Under the pieces are notes generated by a model that worked only from the letters and a program-made list of their open reading frames with translations, was not told the DNA's origin and did no database searches. Made by a program: the position numbers and the translations under genes. From a virus, in IMG/VR virus record IMGVR_UViG_3300034069_000901, positions 1-45,135 of that record: 45,135 nt of DNA; one strand, 5' to 3'. Positions 41,476-45,135 of the stretch are shown piece after piece; the first letter of the stretch is position 1; each line of letters opens with the position of its first letter.

Positions 41476-41660
41476 GAGGTTGGCCGATCCCGAGCCACGA
41501 TCATGGCATCGGCATGCTTGTAACAGGTGTCGGCCATTGCCTGAATCCAGCCGTCCCCAAAATCCCGCACGAACGCGGCGAACAAATCCGGAGTCGACAA
41601 CATCGCTACAGCAAAGGCTTTCGCCAATTCGTCGCGCAAGGTACGCGCCTCCGGCGTCAC
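41472..41660 (-). CDS. Small ORF (62 aa)
   Basis: GTG at 41660 (GTGA overlap). The product begins TPEARTLRDELAKAFAVAMLSTPDLFAAFVRDFGDGWIQAMADTCYKHADAMIVA. Confidence 0.5.
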   Translation of the reverse strand: MTPEARTLRDELAKAFAVAMLSTPDLFAAFVRDFGDGWIQAMADTCYKHADAMIVARDRPTS

Positions 41661-41839
41661 GCCAGACGCTCCAGGGAAGCCCGCCCGGCGTCAAACGCAA
41701 TAGCCGCCAGCGCGATCAGCTCCGCGCGGCTCAACACACGCCGCGCGATCGGGCCGCCACCATGTCCCTTGCGCTTGTCCATCAATGCCGTTGCGGCGCG
41801 CTCGCCATAAGTGCGGGCGGCTTGGCTGATATCGGACAT
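41657..41839 (-). CDS. Small ORF (60 aa)
   Basis: ATG at 41839 after GGGAGG. It encodes MSDISQAARTYGERAATALMDKRKGHGGGPIARRVLSRAELIALAAIAFDAGRASLERLA. Confidence 0.5.
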   Translation of the reverse strand: MSDISQAARTYGERAATALMDKRKGHGGGPIARRVLSRAELIALAAIAFDAGRASLERLA

Positions 41840-41840
41840 G

Positions 41841-42005
41841 TCAGCCTCCCACCGTGCCGTTCGGCAGGACGCGGGCGCCGGACAGGCCGAGCGTACCGGC
41901 ATACAGCTCGGCCAGCCCGGCGGGCTCGTGCGCGTTGCCGCTGGCGAGGCAAGCGGCCAGGATCGCGACCTCCTCGTCGGTCGTGTCGTCGTGATCGTGT
42001 TGCAT
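41841..42005 (-). CDS. Small acidic ORF (54 aa), first gene of the reverse island
   Basis: ATG at 42005 with GGAG 7 nt upstream. The product begins MQHDHDDTTDEEVAILAACLASGNAHEPAGLAELYAG. Confidence 0.5.
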   Translation of the reverse strand: MQHDHDDTTDEEVAILAACLASGNAHEPAGLAELYAGTLGLSGARVLPNGTVGG

Positions 42006-42083
42006 AGATGCTCCGTTGCTTCGCATATCTGCTAAGCGCCTTCGCGGTATTGTGCAAGCGCCATTTCGCGAGTATGCGAAATC
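42006..42083. promoter_or_regulatory. Divergent intergenic region with a repeated TATGCGAA motif
   Basis: TTCGCATA (42020-42027, inverted copy) and TATGCGAA (42073-42080) lie here, with a third copy at 42185-42192. A candidate promoter is TTGTGC (42050-42055), 17-nt spacer, TATGCG (42073-42078). Confidence 0.3.
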
Positions 42084-42200
42084 ATGACCGACGAGGAACG
42101 CCAGCGGCTCGCCGAGCTTGACCGGATTATAGAGGCTTCGCGAGAGGCGAGGAAAGAGCGTCGTGCGCTTCTAGCCCGCGTCCGTATGCGAAAAACGTGA
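42084..42200 (+). CDS. Small basic ORF (38 aa)
   Basis: Not in the track. ATG at 42084; its TGA overlaps the next GTG (GTGA). It encodes MTDEERQRLAELDRIIEASREARKERRALLARVRMRKT. Confidence 0.35.
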   Translation: MTDEERQRLAELDRIIEASREARKERRALLARVRMRKT

Positions 42201-42565
42201 CACGCCGTTCAAGGCGTCCCGACGCGTTAAAGCCCGGCCCCAAGCCAATGGGTTTCGATCGTGAACGCGCAATGCTCTATCGCGCTCGTGCGGCGGCAAA
42301 AGCCTCTGGCATCATGTGCGACTTGACCGTCGCCGACATTGTCATTCCTGCCATTTGTCCCGTACTAGGCATTCCTCTTGCGTGGACAGTGCGAGGGGAT
42401 CCAGGATACCCTACCCTTGATCGCATAGACAACGACCGCAGTTACATTCGTGGCAATGTCGCTGTCATATCCTGGCGCGCGAACCAATTGAAGCGCGACG
42501 GTTCACTTGCAGACTTCCGCGCTATCGTCGCGTACATGGAGAATGGCTTGGGCGTTCAGCCTTAA
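42197..42565 (+). CDS. HNH-family (HNH_3 / endonuclease VII-like) nuclease
   Basis: PTLDRIDNDRSYIRGNVAVISWRANQLK resembles the D-H/R-I-D-x-D...GN...N motif of phage HNH_3 proteins. The DNA is AT-richer than the flanks. Confidence 0.6.
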   Translation: MTRRSRRPDALKPGPKPMGFDRERAMLYRARAAAKASGIMCDLTVADIVIPAICPVLGIPLAWTVRGDPGYPTLDRIDNDRSYIRGNVAVISWRANQLKRDGSLADFRAIVAYMENGLGVQP

Positions 42566-42595
42566 CGCCGCTTCGGCGCAACGGTAAGAAGCACC

Positions 42596-43603
42596 ATGGC
42601 GAAGGAAATCGAGCTAGAGGTTTTCCGGGTGGGCGGACCGGCTTCGCGGTTCGTCACGGCGGAGCATATCGCGGAGGTCGCCCGGCACGATTGCGAGGCG
42701 CATCCCGTGCCCGTCTGTTTCGGCCATCCCAAGAGCGACACTCCGGCGGCCGGCACGATCAGCAAGCTTCGCGCCGATGGCAACTCCCTTTTCGCCACGG
42801 TCAAGAGCTTTACCGACAAGGCAATCGACGGGATCAAGAACGGCGAATGGATCAATCGTTCCTTCGCGTTCTTCGATCCGACGCACGAGGCCAACCCGAC
42901 GCGCGGCAAATGGGCGCCGCGTCATCTTGGCTTGCTCGGCGGCGCCGCGCCCGGCATTCCCGGCATGGGATCGCTGCAAAAGGCGCTGGCGTTCGACGCG
43001 GCCGAGGATGCCGTCACGGTCGACGGCGACCCGGCGGACGCCGTCATCTATGCCGGCAAGCCGACCCCCGTTCATTTCATCGCGGAACCCGAGGAGAAAC
43101 CCGCCGTGGCCGACAAAACCCCCGAGCAGATCGCCGACGAGAACCGTCTCGCCGAGGAGCGCCGCCAGTTCCAGGCCGAGCGTGACGCCTTCGCCGCGGC
43201 ACAGACGCGCCAGTTCGAAGGCGCCAACGCGACGTCCGTGGACGCGCTCGTCGCGGCGGGCCGCGTCCTCCCGGCCGAGGCCGCCAGCCTCAAGCTCGTG
43301 TTCAACGCGCTCGGCCGCGACGAGCTGGAGTTCGGCGCCGCGGACAAGTCGGACAAGGCCACCCCGGCGGCCAAGCTCGTCGCGTTCATCACGGGCGCGA
43401 TCGGCAACAAGCGTGTCCCGGTCGACGAGCCGCGCCGCTCCCCCTCGGGCGAGTTCACGGCCACGGGCCAGGACAAGGACGGCAAGGTGACGGTGGGAAG
43501 CCTCACCGCGGCGGCCCGCAAGCTTATGAAGGAGGATTCGAGCCTCACGTTCGAAGCCGCCATGGATCAGGTATCGAACGGCGGCGAGGCCGGCGTCGAG
43601 TAA
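42596..43603 (+). CDS. Prohead protease / scaffolding protein (Mu gpI or P2 gpO-like)
   Basis: The N-terminal half (EVFRVGG...PVCFGHPKSDTPAAGTISKLRADGNSLFATVKSFTDKAIDGIKNGEWINRSFAFF) has the pattern of the gpI/gpO families. The C-terminal half is an Ala/Glu-rich coiled-coil, as in scaffolds. Confidence 0.8.
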   Translation: MAKEIELEVFRVGGPASRFVTAEHIAEVARHDCEAHPVPVCFGHPKSDTPAAGTISKLRADGNSLFATVKSFTDKAIDGIKNGEWINRSFAFFDPTHEANPTRGKWAPRHLGLLGGAAPGIPGMGSLQKALAFDAAEDAVTVDGDPADAVIYAGKPTPVHFIAEPEEKPAVADKTPEQIADENRLAEERRQFQAERDAFAAAQTRQFEGANATSVDALVAAGRVLPAEAASLKLVFNALGRDELEFGAADKSDKATPAAKLVAFITGAIGNKRVPVDEPRRSPSGEFTATGQDKDGKVTVGSLTAAARKLMKEDSSLTFEAAMDQVSNGGEAGVE

Positions 43604-43627
43604 GCAAGCGCGCAAGGAGCGACGTTC

Positions 43628-43996
43628 ATGTCCAAAACGACCGGCTTTCTCACCAAGAGCCTTACCGCCACGACCCGCATTCCGGCTCATACGCTCGTGA
43701 CGTTCGGTCCGGCCGATGGCACGGGCGTTCCCTCCTCCGGAACGGGCGCCATGCTCGTCGGCGCGTCGTCGGAAATCGACACGGAAATCGGCGAGCGTTG
43801 CTCGGTCCATTCGACCGGCAATATCGCGCCGGTTCTGTGCGGCGGCAACGTGTCGCGCGGCGATCCTCTCACGTCCGACGCCAATGGCCGGGCCATCACG
43901 GCCAACGCCGCGGGGCAGCGGATCGTCGGGTTCGCGGAGGTATCGGGCGTCGCGGGCGATATCATTTTCGCTTACATCGTGCCCGGCATTTTCTAA
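43628..43996 (+). CDS. DUF2190-like head protein (decoration or accessory)
   Basis: AAGGAG lies upstream. 122 aa, Gly/Thr-rich and beta-type (GDPLTSDANGRAITANAAGQRIVGFA). It lies between the scaffold and capsid genes, as DUF2190 genes do. Confidence 0.7.
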   Translation: MSKTTGFLTKSLTATTRIPAHTLVTFGPADGTGVPSSGTGAMLVGASSEIDTEIGERCSVHSTGNIAPVLCGGNVSRGDPLTSDANGRAITANAAGQRIVGFAEVSGVAGDIIFAYIVPGIF

Positions 43997-44035
43997 CCCC
44001 GGCCCTTCAACCCCCTCGCAAGGAACGCGATCGCA

Positions 44036-45016
44036 ATGGCCCAGGCCCCATTCGTCATTACCCCCGCCCTCGTCGCCATCGCGATCGACTATCAGGGGGT
44101 CAACGCCCGTGTCCGCGGCTATGTGCAGGACCAAGTCGCGCCGCGTATCCGCGTCGACGGCCCCCTGTTCAAGTATCCGGTTTACAACATCAACGAAGCG
44201 TTCACGGTCGTCGACAATCAGATCGACCGGCTCGGCCGAGCAAATGAGCTTGGCTATACCGCGGGCGAGCAGACCGGCGCGACGATCGACTATGCGCTCC
44301 GGGAGCCGGTGCCGTACCGCGACGAGGCGGCGGCGCGTAATGGCACCATCCCGTTCCCGCTCCGCGCCCGTGCGGTCCGCAACGTGATCGACAAGAATCA
44401 GCTCAACCGCGAGATTCGCGTCGCCGCGATGGCCATGTCCGCCAGCTCCTATTCGGCCGGCTACATCACGGACCTTGCCGGCGGCACGAAATGGTCGGAC
44501 TACAATAATTCCGATCCCGTGGCGCAGATCGTCGACGCGCAAGCCGGCATGCTGATCCCCGGCAACGTGGGTGTGACGTCCAAGCGCGTCGCCAATATCC
44601 TCCGGCGCCATCCCAAGGTGGCCGTGGCGCTCGGCGGTTCGCTCAACTCGGGTCGCTACTATCCGCTCGACGAGGTCGCGACGGTCCTCGGCCTCGACCG
44701 TATCGTCGTCGGCAACACGCTCAAGCAGACGAGCAAGCGGGGCCAGGCCCTCACGACGGGCAATATCTGGCCCGACTCGTTCGCGATCCACTACCAGGGT
44801 CCGACCGGGCCGGACGGGCTCGGTGTGGACGTGGCCTCGCCCAACTTCCTCACGACGTTCCAATGGGGCGACGTCGTTTCGAGCGAGACGACGTTCGATC
44901 CGGGCGACCTCGGCCTGTGGGGCGGCGTCAAGGTCCTCACGGGCGAGAGCATCGTGGAGAAGGCGGTCGCACCGTTCGCGGGCTACCTGTTCGCCAACGT
45001 CCTCGCCGCGCAGTAA
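44036..45016 (+). CDS. Major capsid protein (HK97 fold; lambda gpE-like family by recollection)
   Basis: 326 aa, following the protease/scaffold and DUF2190 genes. Its last 22 nt lie inside the terminal repeat. Confidence 0.88.
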   Translation: MAQAPFVITPALVAIAIDYQGVNARVRGYVQDQVAPRIRVDGPLFKYPVYNINEAFTVVDNQIDRLGRANELGYTAGEQTGATIDYALREPVPYRDEAAARNGTIPFPLRARAVRNVIDKNQLNREIRVAAMAMSASSYSAGYITDLAGGTKWSDYNNSDPVAQIVDAQAGMLIPGNVGVTSKRVANILRRHPKVAVALGGSLNSGRYYPLDEVATVLGLDRIVVGNTLKQTSKRGQALTTGNIWPDSFAIHYQGPTGPDGLGVDVASPNFLTTFQWGDVVSSETTFDPGDLGLWGGVKVLTGESIVEKAVAPFAGYLFANVLAAQ

Positions 45017-45135
45017 CCGCATGCGGGCGGCTCCGGCCGCCCCAATCTGGAGTTCGCTTCATGGTCGATCGTCCCAAGCTTTACGCCCAATTCGAGGGCG
45101 ACGAAATCGACGGCAAGGTTTACAGCCTTGGCGAC
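44995..45135. repeat. Direct terminal repeat (right copy), identical to 1-141
   Basis: Same base-by-base comparison as for the left copy. Confidence 0.95.
45025..45042 (+). other. GC hairpin just after the capsid stop (also at 31-48)
   Basis: GGGCGGC-TCCG-GCCGCCC forms a 7-bp stem with a 4-nt loop, 9 nt after the TAA. There is no U-tract. It may stabilise or attenuate the transcript. Confidence 0.3.

Overview
The window is one complete, high-GC tailed-phage genome with a long non-contractile tail module. It was assembled as a circle: bases 1-141 are identical to 44995-45135, so the unit length is 44994 bp.

Gene order:
- The 3' end of the capsid gene wraps around the window ends.
- Next comes a HeH-motif protein and a strong terminator.
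- A cluster of exported and membrane proteins follows (764-4509).
- Mu-type head-completion genes follow (DUF1320-like, gpG-like).
- The tail module contains a tail tube, a G/GT-type chaperone pair with a canonical GGGAAAC -1 slippery site, a 1142-aa tape measure, and tail tip/fibre genes.
- The lysis cassette contains a GH108-like endolysin flanked by membrane proteins.
- A leftward early operon (24062 down to 17222) carries an SbcC-like ATPase, a PD-(D/E)XK exonuclease, a Sak4-like ATPase, a C5 cytosine methyltransferase and two DUF1508-like ORFs.
- A divergent control region lies at 24063-24170.
- A rightward operon carries an Xre HTH, a PD-(D/E)XK nuclease-like protein, an N6-adenine methyltransferase, RusA, a DUF1376 replication protein and a Mor-like activator.
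- The packaging and head genes are TerS, TerL, a Mu-type portal, a MuF-like protein, a protease/scaffold, a DUF2190-like protein and the major capsid protein.

No integrase, transposase, tRNA, rRNA or CRISPR array was found.

Most notable observations:
1. The portal carries an internal domain with two HVTI motifs, the 2H-phosphoesterase signature.
2. A 433-nt ORF-free, helix-rich stretch with GNRA-capped hairpins sits inside a low-coding-density insertion between the portal and MuF genes. The insertion also holds an HNH cassette flanked by 13-bp direct repeats.
3. A 3-kb block of small, translationally coupled genes in reverse orientation lies between MuF and the protease/scaffold gene. This is the position of anti-CRISPR loci in Mu-like siphophages.
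4. There is an HTH / nuclease-like / methyltransferase cassette resembling a C-R-M unit.
5. Several ORFs under 60 aa are missing from the supplied track and are revealed by GTGA/ATGA stop-start overlaps.

All functional calls rest on motifs read by eye from the translations. No database search, fold prediction or GC computation was possible.
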